Of a DNA stretch of 64,000 nucleotides, positions 14,422 to 23,720 are shown piece after piece (position 1 is the stretch's first letter; each line of letters begins with the position of its first letter). Source of the stretch: Gammaproteobacteria bacterium (lineage in GTDB: Bacteria; Pseudomonadota; Gammaproteobacteria; Pseudomonadales; PIVM01); the NCBI GenBank assembly GCA_003353945.1, contig PIVM01000005.1, forward strand, positions 21,351 through 85,350, written 5' to 3'. The position numbers and the translations under genes are program-made. A model generated the notes under the pieces. That model searched no databases, had not been told where the DNA came from, and saw only the letters and a list, made by a program, of their open reading frames with translations.

Positions 14422-17400
14422 TTAAGGCAGTGTACCTCCCACTTCCGTTCCGGCATCCAACGATGCGCGACCATCGCTACCGGTACCGAGAATGTTGTAC
14501 TTCACAACACCGGATGCACATCCAGTTTCCGTACAATAGGTATCGTAGTACCCGCCTGATACTTTCTTGCTGGTTATCGATACATGATCGGCAACAACAC
14601 CAACCACATCACCGGTAATCTGGACATGCTGCCAACTGCCACTGTTGGTTGAATCCGTATCGCCCGTACCGGAGATACTAAAGCCACCAAAGATTCGGCC
14701 ATGCGCATAGATATTGCCGACAGAACTTGGATAACCACAGTTGTTGTATTCAAAAGTGGTATCGCCACTCATCTGCACTTCCCAGGTTGCGTTTCCGCCC
14801 AGAGGACAGTTGTAGGTGGTCTTGCCCAAGTCACCAAGACCGCCGGGATCAACGCAGTTTTGGTTGCCGGTACGTACATTGTTGATCTCACAGCGCACTT
14901 CAATTGCCCAGGTCAACCAGGAATCGATCATCAGCGCGTTGTAATCGACATCAGGTATCTCACAGGCGTTGCCGATACCATTCAGGTCATCATCCTCTTG
15001 CCCAGGATTAGCTACCGTAGGACAGTTATCAAAGGCATCCATATGGGTGTCACTGTCGGAGTCATCGCACACATCACCGAAACCATCGCCATCCATATTC
15101 GCCTGATCGGCGTTGCTGATATCGGGGCAGTTATCGGTATCATTGGCGCGGTTATCGCCGTCACGATCCTGATCACAAGCATCACCCAAGCCATCGCCAT
15201 CGATATTGGACTGACTGCCATTGGCATCAAACGGGCAGTTATCGGCGGCATTGACCACGCCGTCATTATCCCAGTCATTGTCACAGGCATTACCGATGCC
15301 ATCCTGATCATCATCCTCCTGACCTGCATTGGCGGTATTCGGGCAGTTATCATTTTCATTCGCCCAACCGTCATTATCACTGTCGTTCATAGAATCACAG
15401 GCATCACCGAAACCGTCGCCATCAGTGTCGGTCTGGTCATTGCTCACATTGGGGCAGTTATCAATACCGTTAGCAAAACCATCGCCATCGATATCGGGAT
15501 CACACAGATCCCCCATACCGTCACCGTCCAGATCCAGCTGCGAACCGTTGGCGGTATCGATGCAGTTGTCATCCGCATTGGCCACACCATCACCATCGTT
15601 ATCGATAATGCTATCGCACGCATCACCGATACCGTCGTTATCAATATCAGTCTGGTTACTGTTCGCCAGATCGATACAATTATCGACGCTGTTGGAAACA
15701 CCATCATTATCATTATCGATAAAGGAGTCACAGGCGTCACCAACACCGTCAGCATCAACGTCGGTCTGGTCGTTGCTCAGGTCAGGACAGTTATCCGTAC
15801 TGTTGTCATACCCGTCGCCATCACGATCCGTATCACAGGCATCACCAACACCATCGCTGTCCATATCAGACTGTGTCGCATTGGCCGTATCAGGACAGTT
15901 GTCATCATCATTTGCACGACCGTCACCGTCGTTATCAATCAATGAATCGCAAGCATCACCAATACCATCCTGATCAACATCGGTTTGAGTTGGATTACTG
16001 ATGGCGGGACAGTTATCTTCATTATCGTTGTATCCATCACCGTCGCTATCCAGCTCACTGTCACAGGCATCGCCATAACCATCGTTATCCGCATCGGCCT
16101 GGTCAGCGTTGGCATCGTTAGAGCAGTTATCGGACCCATTCAGATAACCGTCTCCATCGATATCGTCATCACACACATCACCTAAACCATCGCCATCAAT
16201 ATCTTCCTGGCCAGCATTCGCTGCCTCAGGGCAGTTATCGTCCATATTGGCTCTACCGTCACCATCGTTATCGATCAGCAAGTCGCAGGCGTCACCGATA
16301 CCATCCCCATCAATATCGGTCTGGTTGGTGTTAGCGATATCCGGACAGTTATCCGTATCATTGCCATGGCTGTCACCGTCTTTGTCGTTATCACAGACAT
16401 CACCTAAACCATCATTATCGAGATCGGACTGGTCATTTTCCGTATCGGGACAGTTGTCAGCGGCATCGGCAGTACCGTCACCATCGCGATCAACAAAGCT
16501 GTCACAGGCATCCCCGATTCCGTCGTTATCAAGATCGGTCTGGTCAGCATTCGCTGTGTCTGGACAGTTGTCGGCACTGTTCTCAAGGCCGTCACCGTCG
16601 TTATCATTGATACCGTCACAGGCATCACCGGTTCCGTCACCGTCGATGTCTTGCTGCAACGCATTCGCAACGTTAGGACAGTTATCTTCATTATCCGCCA
16701 CGTTGTCCTGATCAAAATCGATCAGATCATCACAGTCGTCTCCCACACCGTCACGATCAATATCGGTTTGCGCTGGATTTGATAGGTTGACACAGTTGTC
16801 CACACTATCCGCTACGTTATCACCGTCACTATCCACCTTTGGATCACAGGCATCACCAATGCTATCAGCATCAACATCAAGCTGGTCGGTGTTGGCAACA
16901 AGCGGACAGTTGTCAGCGCCGTTGTTGCGGCCGTCACCATCTTTGTCGTTGTCACAGGCATCACCGGTCGCATCATTGTCGAGGTCGGCCTGGCTGTTGG
17001 GAATGCTAAGACAGTTATCCACGTTATCGCCAAAACCGTCTCCGTCAGAATCGGTCAGGTAATCACACACGTCACCGATGCCATCACCATCGGCATCTGC
17101 TTGATTTTCATTGGCAAGTTCCGGACAGTTGTCACTGGCATCCGGATGGGAATCACCATCGGTGTCGTTAGTAGAACAGTTTAATTGGAAGCTTGCTGTG
17201 CGTGTATGAATCAAACCCGTACCATCCCAATCAAAGGCAAGCTTTATGGTTCTGGCTTGCGTCTCACTCTCTTCACCATTGGCGCAAGCCAGGGCAATGG
17301 CGCTGCTGTAGGGTGTACCGCTAGTACAGCTATTATTGCTAATGCTTGGGGTTGGTCCGTTGACTGAGTAGCAAATCACATCGACAGAACTCAATCCACT

Positions 17401-17589
17401 TAAAGTCACACTCCCACTGGCACCCAGATTGGTTCCCGCGATCGGATTGGTAAATATTTGCGTTGCGGATGGTGCAGGAGTCGCCCCACCCCCGTTTGGT
17501 GGAGGCGTACAACCCGCAACAATGCCCAACAAGCCAGGAATTGCGACAGATAACAGACGCTGGCTAAAATTCATTTTGAACTTACCCAT
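14422..17589 (-). CDS. giant lipoprotein: N-terminal Ig-like domain, about 20 TSP3 repeats, unknown C-terminal domain
   Basis: 1055 aa with RBS AGGAG. Lipobox GIVAG-C TPPP. I counted 20 DNC(P)xxxNxxQ motifs by eye. The C-terminal roughly 190 aa (NALMIDSWLTWAIEVRCEINN...) match no family I recognise. Confidence 0.85.
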   Translation of the reverse strand: MGKFKMNFSQRLLSVAIPGLLGIVAGCTPPPNGGGATPAPSATQIFTNPIAGTNLGASGSVTLSGLSSVDVICYSVNGPTPSISNNSCTSGTPYSSAIALACANGEESETQARTIKLAFDWDGTGLIHTRTASFQLNCSTNDTDGDSHPDASDNCPELANENQADADGDGIGDVCDYLTDSDGDGFGDNVDNCLSIPNSQADLDNDATGDACDNDKDGDGRNNGADNCPLVANTDQLDVDADSIGDACDPKVDSDGDNVADSVDNCVNLSNPAQTDIDRDGVGDDCDDLIDFDQDNVADNEDNCPNVANALQQDIDGDGTGDACDGINDNDGDGLENSADNCPDTANADQTDLDNDGIGDACDSFVDRDGDGTADAADNCPDTENDQSDLDNDGLGDVCDNDKDGDSHGNDTDNCPDIANTNQTDIDGDGIGDACDLLIDNDGDGRANMDDNCPEAANAGQEDIDGDGLGDVCDDDIDGDGYLNGSDNCSNDANADQADADNDGYGDACDSELDSDGDGYNDNEDNCPAISNPTQTDVDQDGIGDACDSLIDNDGDGRANDDDNCPDTANATQSDMDSDGVGDACDTDRDGDGYDNSTDNCPDLSNDQTDVDADGVGDACDSFIDNDNDGVSNSVDNCIDLANSNQTDIDNDGIGDACDSIIDNDGDGVANADDNCIDTANGSQLDLDGDGMGDLCDPDIDGDGFANGIDNCPNVSNDQTDTDGDGFGDACDSMNDSDNDGWANENDNCPNTANAGQEDDDQDGIGNACDNDWDNDGVVNAADNCPFDANGSQSNIDGDGLGDACDQDRDGDNRANDTDNCPDISNADQANMDGDGFGDVCDDSDSDTHMDAFDNCPTVANPGQEDDDLNGIGNACEIPDVDYNALMIDSWLTWAIEVRCEINNVRTGNQNCVDPGGLGDLGKTTYNCPLGGNATWEVQMSGDTTFEYNNCGYPSSVGNIYAHGRIFGGFSISGTGDTDSTNSGSWQHVQITGDVVGVVADHVSITSKKVSGGYYDTYCTETGCASGVVKYNILGTGSDGRASLDAGTEVGGTLP

Positions 17590-17825
17590 ATCAATCTCCT
17601 AAAAAGAGAAAACATTTTGATAACTATTTCAGCGGTCACTATAGGTCGGGGTTTAACCCGATAAATTAGTATCATTGCCATTCCCTGTCGGTTAAAACCT
17701 ACAGATAGTGAAAATTGCTTTCTCGTGGTTACGCTGAATAGTCACAATATTATTTTTATTTATAAATTCTTTTTGAACCCTATTCACTCCCACTCAAGGT
17801 GAGCGGGAGTGAAGGAGCTGATGCA

Positions 17826-20800
17826 TTAAGGAACAGGAATCTCTACCAGACCGCCGGACATATCGCCCTGGCTGTAAACGCCCCACTCGATTGCACTGCC
17901 TAGTCCACAGTTACCCCAAGAGGCTGTGACATCATCACCGCCAACCGTGGACCACAAACAGGCATTCTCGCTTTCCGGGCTGATCTCGTATTTATCACCA
18001 CTACCCCCACCAAACTTCATGCGCTGGGCAGCGTTGTTTTCATCACAGGCAGACGTTGCGACCTGAATATCAGTGCCGGTGCGAACCATACAGGTTCCAC
18101 GCGATACGGACTTGAGCAGATAGACCGTGCTATTGCTGGCACCCACCTGGATAAACTCCCAACGATGATTGATGTCGCTAGCAGAGTTACAGCCTTGCAG
18201 ACGTACATCGTTATCGCTCTTGGCATACATACACTCACCACTCTGCTTGTGCTTGATGGCAAACCAAGGTTCCTCCTGGCAAGCATCACCCACACCGTTT
18301 CCATCAGAATCGGTTTGGTCATTTGCGACATCAGGGCAGTTGTCGTACATATCAGCATAACCATCACCGTCGGTATCCGGGCCATCCGGTGTTGGATCAC
18401 AGACATCACCGGTACCATCGGTATCATTATCAGCCTGGTTGGTGTTGGCATTATCCGGGCAGTTATCTGAGGCATTCGCTACCGTGTCACCGTCACGATC
18501 ATCGTCACAGGCATCGCCTTCGCTATCGCCATCAAGGTTAGACTGATCATTGGCCAGGTTTGGACAGTTATCCACATCATTGAGATATCCATCATTATCC
18601 CAATCAGTATCACAGGCATTGCCGGTACCGTCCTGATCATCGTCCTCTTGCCCTGCATTCGCATCGTCTGGACAGTTATCGACGGTATCAACCCAACCGT
18701 CACCATCCCGATCAATTGATGAATCACAGACATCACCGATACCGTCGTTATCTAGATCAGTCTGGTCGTTGGCAACTTCTGGGCAGTTATCGACTCCATT
18801 GTCGTAGCCATCGCCATCAAGGTCCGTATCACAGACATCACCAATGAGATCGATATCAGTATCTTTCTGGTCAACATTGGCCGCTTCCGGACAGTTATCA
18901 TTGCTATTCGCCCAACCATCACCGTCGTTGTCAATCAGCAGGTCACAGGCATCACCAATACCGTCCTGATCAACATCAATCTGATCGAGGTTGGCAACAT
19001 CGACACAGTTATCACTCTCGTTTGGCACGGTATCACCGTCGTTATCGATCAGTGAATCACAGGCATCACCAAGACCATCCTGATCTGCATCGGTCTGATC
19101 ATTGGCAAGGTCTGGGCAATTATCCGCGACATTACCGTAACCATCACCATCCCGATCGGCATCACACGCATCACCGGTACCATCAATATCAAGGTCAGCC
19201 TGAGTGGCATTGGCAACAGACGGACAGTTGTCATTATCGTTCGCCCAACCATCACCGTCGTTATCAACCAGTAAATCACAGGCGTCGCCAATACCGTCCA
19301 GGTCTTCATCAATCTGGTTAGCATTGCTGATGTCGGGGCAGTTATCGATACCGTCAATCACACCGTCGTTATCCGAGTCTGCATCACAGGCATCGCCAAC
19401 ACCGTTGTTATCAGCATCAATCTGGTCAGCGTTGGCTACATTCGGGCAGTTGTCACTGTCATTAAGCTCGCCGTCACCGTCACGGTCATCATCACAGGCA
19501 TCACCGTACTGGTCGCTATCCATATTTTCCTGTCCAGCATTGGGCACGTTCGGACAGTTATCATCCGCGTTGGCTTCGCCGTCACCGTCGTTGTCGACAA
19601 CGGGATCACAGGCGTCACCAATACCGTCCAGATCTTCATCGATCTGGTTGGTGTTGGCTACATCAGGACAGTTATCCGTGTCGTTGTTGACACTGTCACC
19701 GTCGCGATCACTGTCGCAGGCATCGCCAAACTCATCGTTATCAATGTTGGCTTGATCATTGGCAAGGTCAGGACAGTTGTCTTCAGCGTCTGCTGTGCCA
19801 TCCCCATCACGATCAACGAAGAGATCACACGCATCGCCGATGCCGTCATTATCGAGATCAATCTGGTCAAGGTTTGGTATATCAACACAGTTATCGTCTT
19901 CATCGGCAATGCTATCGAGGTCTGTGTCGTTAATGCTATCACAGGCATCACCAATACCATCATTGTCGGTATCCTGTTGAAGCGTATTGGGTACGTTGAC
20001 GCAGTTATCATCAACATCCGCTACGTTATCGCGATCAGAATCAATGAGGTCATCACAGGCATCACCGATATTGTCGTTATCCAGATCGGCCTGATCTGTG
20101 TTGGCAACATCAACACAGTTATCAGAGCCATCAGCCACACCGTCGCCATCACTGTCAGTTAAGTGATCACAGACATCGCCGATACCATCAGCATCAGCAT
20201 CAGCCTGGTCAGTATTGGCTGCGTCGGGGCAGTTATCAGTATCGTTATTGCGACCATCACCGTCTCGGTCACTGTCACAAACATCACCTATGCTGTCATT
20301 ATCGAGATCCAGCTGATCATTGTTCTGAACAAGCAGACAGTTATCCTGATCATCCGCAATAAAATCCCCGTCTGTATCAGTCAAGGGATCACATGCATCA
20401 CCCAATCCATCACCATCCGCATCAGCCTGGTCTTCATTGGCAATCGCAATACAGTTGTCACTAATATCTGACACACCGTCACCATCACCATCGGTTGGCC
20501 CCTGACATGCCGGAGTATCCAAAGTAAAATAGCCTGATGCAGCTTTGCTCTCGCCGGAATCACCTTCCCACGCCAATCTCACTGTCTGCGCACCACACTG
20601 AGCCAGGCTGACTGTGCTGTTTAATACCTCATCCCCGGCACTACACGCCCCCGCCGAGATCGAAGGGTAGCTATCGATCGCATAACACACAGTCTTGCCA
20701 TTAAGGTTGATAATGCCAACGTCTGCTGGCTCACTGGTGAAAACAGTTCCGTTTGCTGTATTGAAGTATTCTACTTGCGTACCTGTTGGTGGAGGCGTAC

Positions 20801-20891
20801 AGCCGGCGGCAAGAATAAGAGCCATTGGGAATGTTGGCCCCGCCCATTGCATCATTCTTTTGGTGATAGTTTTCGTTGTTTTCCTAGACAT
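17826..20891 (-). CDS. giant lipoprotein: N-terminal Ig-like domain, about 20 TSP3 repeats, ricin-B/beta-trefoil-like C-terminal domain
   Basis: 1021 aa with RBS GGAGAA. Lipobox ILAAG-C TPPP. 20 DNC(P)xxxNxxQ motifs, colinear with the 14422 gene. The C-terminal roughly 150 aa carry three Q/H-x-W-like motifs (HRWEF, AQRMKF, IEWGV) and conserved Cys residues. Confidence 0.85.
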   Translation of the reverse strand: MSRKTTKTITKRMMQWAGPTFPMALILAAGCTPPPTGTQVEYFNTANGTVFTSEPADVGIINLNGKTVCYAIDSYPSISAGACSAGDEVLNSTVSLAQCGAQTVRLAWEGDSGESKAASGYFTLDTPACQGPTDGDGDGVSDISDNCIAIANEDQADADGDGLGDACDPLTDTDGDFIADDQDNCLLVQNNDQLDLDNDSIGDVCDSDRDGDGRNNDTDNCPDAANTDQADADADGIGDVCDHLTDSDGDGVADGSDNCVDVANTDQADLDNDNIGDACDDLIDSDRDNVADVDDNCVNVPNTLQQDTDNDGIGDACDSINDTDLDSIADEDDNCVDIPNLDQIDLDNDGIGDACDLFVDRDGDGTADAEDNCPDLANDQANIDNDEFGDACDSDRDGDSVNNDTDNCPDVANTNQIDEDLDGIGDACDPVVDNDGDGEANADDNCPNVPNAGQENMDSDQYGDACDDDRDGDGELNDSDNCPNVANADQIDADNNGVGDACDADSDNDGVIDGIDNCPDISNANQIDEDLDGIGDACDLLVDNDGDGWANDNDNCPSVANATQADLDIDGTGDACDADRDGDGYGNVADNCPDLANDQTDADQDGLGDACDSLIDNDGDTVPNESDNCVDVANLDQIDVDQDGIGDACDLLIDNDGDGWANSNDNCPEAANVDQKDTDIDLIGDVCDTDLDGDGYDNGVDNCPEVANDQTDLDNDGIGDVCDSSIDRDGDGWVDTVDNCPDDANAGQEDDDQDGTGNACDTDWDNDGYLNDVDNCPNLANDQSNLDGDSEGDACDDDRDGDTVANASDNCPDNANTNQADNDTDGTGDVCDPTPDGPDTDGDGYADMYDNCPDVANDQTDSDGNGVGDACQEEPWFAIKHKQSGECMYAKSDNDVRLQGCNSASDINHRWEFIQVGASNSTVYLLKSVSRGTCMVRTGTDIQVATSACDENNAAQRMKFGGGSGDKYEISPESENACLWSTVGGDDVTASWGNCGLGSAIEWGVYSQGDMSGGLVEIPVP

Positions 20892-21464
20892 TCAAGTTTC
20901 TCCACTTATGCCGAGATCTGAATAGCCGCTAGATAGGGAGATACGACCTACTACTTATGAGAAGAGGTACAACCTACAGCAAACTGAACAGGTGCGTTTT
21001 TGTTTTTAGTGCAATTACTCGATCAGCTTTATTAACGAGAAATCCGATCAGGCAAAATGTTTCTTATTCTCTATTTGCCCGTCAAACCCCACGCATATTC
21101 CATAATACCATAAACGAAGACATCTTTGAAATACCCATAGAGAAATTATATGTTATTGTTTTATAAGTATATTTTTCCTGATTTGGCTGGTTTTTATTGG
21201 AACGTAAGGTTAAAAACCTCATCGTGCAGTATCAACTGACACTCCCTTCTTAGCACCCGATCTTTCGGTAATGAATGTCGCAAAACCTCCCTGAGACATC
21301 CAATAAACATATGGGAAAACAGACGTTAGGACAGCGACAGCAGAAGTTGTCAAACCAAACATCCAGCCCAAGCTGGAGTCAAATAGACATCTTCGTTAAG
21401 GGGGACGGATTTTATATGGGGGTTAATTTCCGCTTACTTGAAATACAATAAATACGGGTAAAGC

Positions 21465-21494
21465 CGGGAATCAGATGCGTAAACCTGATTCCCG
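21465..21494 (-). terminator. stem-loop downstream of the lsrF-like gene
   Basis: Perfect 10-bp stem cgggaatcag/ctgattcccg with a 10-nt loop. The trailing sequence on the minus strand is only partly T-rich. Confidence 0.5.
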
Positions 21495-21510
21495 CAAGTG
21501 CAGGAACGAC

Positions 21511-22392
21511 TTACTTGGAATTCTTGATAGTGTTATAAAGATCCAGGGCCTTCTCCGGTGTTTCATTTTCATGCACCACCGCTCGAACTGCCTGTATCAT
21601 CGCCACGGGCGCTTCGGACTGGAAAATATTGCGTCCCATATCCACACCGGCAGCGCCTTGTTGTATGGCATTGTAAGCCATCTTTAAAGCATCCAATTCG
21701 GGAAGCTTTTTCCCTCCCGCTATAACGATGGGCACAGGACAACAGGAAGTAACGGTATCAAAGTCCTTTTCCACGTAGTAGGTTTTGATGTAATGCGCAC
21801 CTAATTCAGCACACATTCTTGTGGCTAAGCGAAAGTATTTGGCATCCCTTGTCATCTCTTTACCCACAGCCGTTACCGCCAGTGTGGGTATTCCGTAACG
21901 GGTGCCTTGATCCACCAGTTTGGTCATATTAATGACTGACTGCTTTTCGTTTTCCCCTCCGATAAACACCTGAACCGCCATAGCACTGACGTTGAGTCTG
22001 ATCGAATCTTCGATACTAACAGCGACCTCTTCGTTGGAGAGTTCTTTTAAAATACTTGGCCCGCCTGAGGCTCTTAATACAATGGAATTATTGGCGCTGG
22101 GTGGAATATTGCTTCTTAAGATGCCACGGGTGAGCATCAGTGTGTCGGCGTAGGGGACAAGTGGCAGGATATTAATATCAATTCTTTCCAGCCCTGTGGT
22201 AGGGCCCTGAAAATAACCGTGATCAAAAGCCAGCATCACTGTTTTGCCGCTTTTGGGATTAAATATCCTCGACAGGCGATTTTGCATTCCCCAATCCAAT
22301 GCATTTGAGCCCTTTAGGAAAAAGGGTTCAGACCGTTGAGGGATGTCAGTGTAGTAATTTCTTGTTTCTTGAACGTCGTCAAGATCGGCCAT
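21511..22392 (-). CDS. lsrF: LsrF-like class I aldolase-fold enzyme (3-hydroxy-5-phosphonooxypentane-2,4-dione thiolase family)
   Basis: 293 aa. MADLDD..., [55 protein letters not shown] and [11 protein letters not shown] match my recollection of E. coli LsrF almost block for block. Confidence 0.75.
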   Translation of the reverse strand: MADLDDVQETRNYYTDIPQRSEPFFLKGSNALDWGMQNRLSRIFNPKSGKTVMLAFDHGYFQGPTTGLERIDINILPLVPYADTLMLTRGILRSNIPPSANNSIVLRASGGPSILKELSNEEVAVSIEDSIRLNVSAMAVQVFIGGENEKQSVINMTKLVDQGTRYGIPTLAVTAVGKEMTRDAKYFRLATRMCAELGAHYIKTYYVEKDFDTVTSCCPVPIVIAGGKKLPELDALKMAYNAIQQGAAGVDMGRNIFQSEAPVAMIQAVRAVVHENETPEKALDLYNTIKNSK

Positions 22393-22638
22393 ATTTACGC
22401 TCCATTGCGCTCACCTTGATCGTAATCAAGTTGCGCTGCAGTTTGGTTCTCGAAACCGGCCATTATAAACAGATTTAGGGGCTTAAGTGAGTGGCGTTTA
22501 TGTTTTTGGTCATTCCAGCTGCAGATAAATTGTATAAGATGTGAGCGCCCTTTAAGAAATTGCATTATCAATAACCTATGGAGGTACTGGTGCCCAGGAC
22601 GCTCTGCAATGCCATTAACGTAAACACGACGCATTTTT

Positions 22639-22705
22639 GTAGGGTGCGCCCCGCGCACATTCAGAATCCGACATTAAACGCTAATGGTGCGCGTGCCCAC
22701 CGTAC
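22639..22705. repeat. REP-like GC-rich inverted repeat
   Basis: gtagggtgcgccccgcgcac (22639-58) and gtgcgcgtgcccaccgtac (22687-705) are imperfect reverse complements. Each arm is itself hairpin-forming. Confidence 0.4.
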
Positions 22706-22774
22706 TTTCTTTGGTAGCAATTTTACGAATCGTCAAGCTGCAATGCGCAAGCTTATTGCACCTTACTGCTGACT

Positions 22775-23158
22775 TTATGCCTGCTCTTTGATTTCAAAGA
22801 GATTCTGGTCAAAATCTTCTATAAAGACAATAACACTGTCACCTCTTGCAACTTTGCGTATCGGCAGTTGCATAGCAGCGCATTTTTCGAGAAATTGATC
22901 CCGCCCCTGCACTTCTAAGCAGGTATGACTCATTCGGGGCTGGTTAAACTCCTTTTCGTCGCTTAAAAAAATCTCAATACTCAATTCGCCATTGCTATAG
23001 ACCAACATCGGATAATCGTTGTTACGCTGGAATATTTCCTGTGCAAGATCAGCCATTAAAAGCCTGCTTTTCACTTTTTCCAACTGGAGCAAGTCTCTGT
23101 AAAAGCGGTCACAGTTTTCTTCACTCTGACAAACAATACCAACATGATTCATCTTCAT
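22775..23158 (-). CDS. VOC (glyoxalase/bleomycin-resistance/dioxygenase) family protein
   Basis: 127 aa. MNHVGIVC...FYRDLL...SHTCLEV...FIEDFDQNLFEI matches the paired beta-alpha-beta-beta-beta signature of VOC proteins. Confidence 0.65.
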   Translation of the reverse strand: MKMNHVGIVCQSEENCDRFYRDLLQLEKVKSRLLMADLAQEIFQRNNDYPMLVYSNGELSIEIFLSDEKEFNQPRMSHTCLEVQGRDQFLEKCAAMQLPIRKVARGDSVIVFIEDFDQNLFEIKEQA

Positions 23159-23221
23159 TGCAGATTCCGGATTAACAATTTGGGTTTGGGAATTGTTGCT
23201 GGAGTATAAACCAGGATTGGA

Positions 23222-23268
23222 GGTCAGAGTAAAAACTTGCGAACTGTTCGCAAGTTTTTACTCTGACC
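23222..23268. repeat. perfect 47-nt palindrome (23-nt arms)
   Basis: ggtcagagtaaaaacttgcgaac t gttcgcaagtttttactctgacc, read directly. Confidence 0.85.
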
Positions 23269-23558
23269 CCAGTGGTGTAACTCGTTCCCGATACTAGCTG
23301 TTTTTGTAGTAGATACTTGTAGCATTGAACTGGGGTTCTGATTAACTGCAAAAAATCAGCTGTAAAGCTTCTCAGTTAGACGACGCCCTTTCTCTTCGAT
23401 TATTATTAATCAACATACAAAAAATGAATATTAAGATCGCCGCTTAGCGGGGAAAAAATGTCATCGCCTGGTTGCTAAATTTGATTTCGCGGTAATTTTA
23501 TGACTATTCCAATAGCGACACTATACTGTTCCCATGGACCTATGGGGCTTAAGGACCG

Positions 23559-23705
23559 TGGAAAAAATAAATTTTCCAATCTAGCTTGTTTATTGCTCCC
23601 TCTTCTTCGTTGCTCCAATAGTTGCGCATGTCCAATATGCGCCTATTGAAGCGCCTCGAAGAGCAATCAATCTCCTACGCCATATTGGAAAATTTATTCT
23701 TTCCA
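23559..23705. mobile_element. MITE-like 147-nt imperfect hairpin element (a different family from 13270)
   Basis: Terminal inverted repeats tggaaaaaataaattttccaat and attggaaaatttattctttcca. The arms are complementary across most of their length. The flanks aaggacc and aaggccc are similar. Confidence 0.45.
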
Positions 23706-23720
23706 AGGCCCTAACTGTCA

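Noticed and set aside
14701-15945. Very long ORFs antisense to, or in alternative frames of, the TSP3 genes. Examples: 14701..15945 (414 aa), 15329..15973, 16247..16711, 19204..19755, 19752..20162, 2889..3335, 9848..10267, plus many ORFs of 60-150 aa.
   Set aside because: Their products are monotonous I/V/T- or S/P/L-rich low-complexity strings. They arise because GAY/AAY/GGY/TGY-rich periodic coding on the minus strand leaves the other frames free of stop codons. The minus-strand genes have lipoboxes, RBSs and strong domain motifs.
17784-17812. The hairpin tcactcccactc/gagcgggagtga downstream of the 17826 gene, considered as a terminator.
   Set aside because: The stem has a mismatch and there is no U-tract on either strand, so it is too weak to annotate.
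22395-22658. An 87-aa ORF upstream of the lsrF-like gene.
   Set aside because: It has no RBS and an odd composition. It overlaps the REP-like element and the probable promoter region, so it is most likely non-coding.
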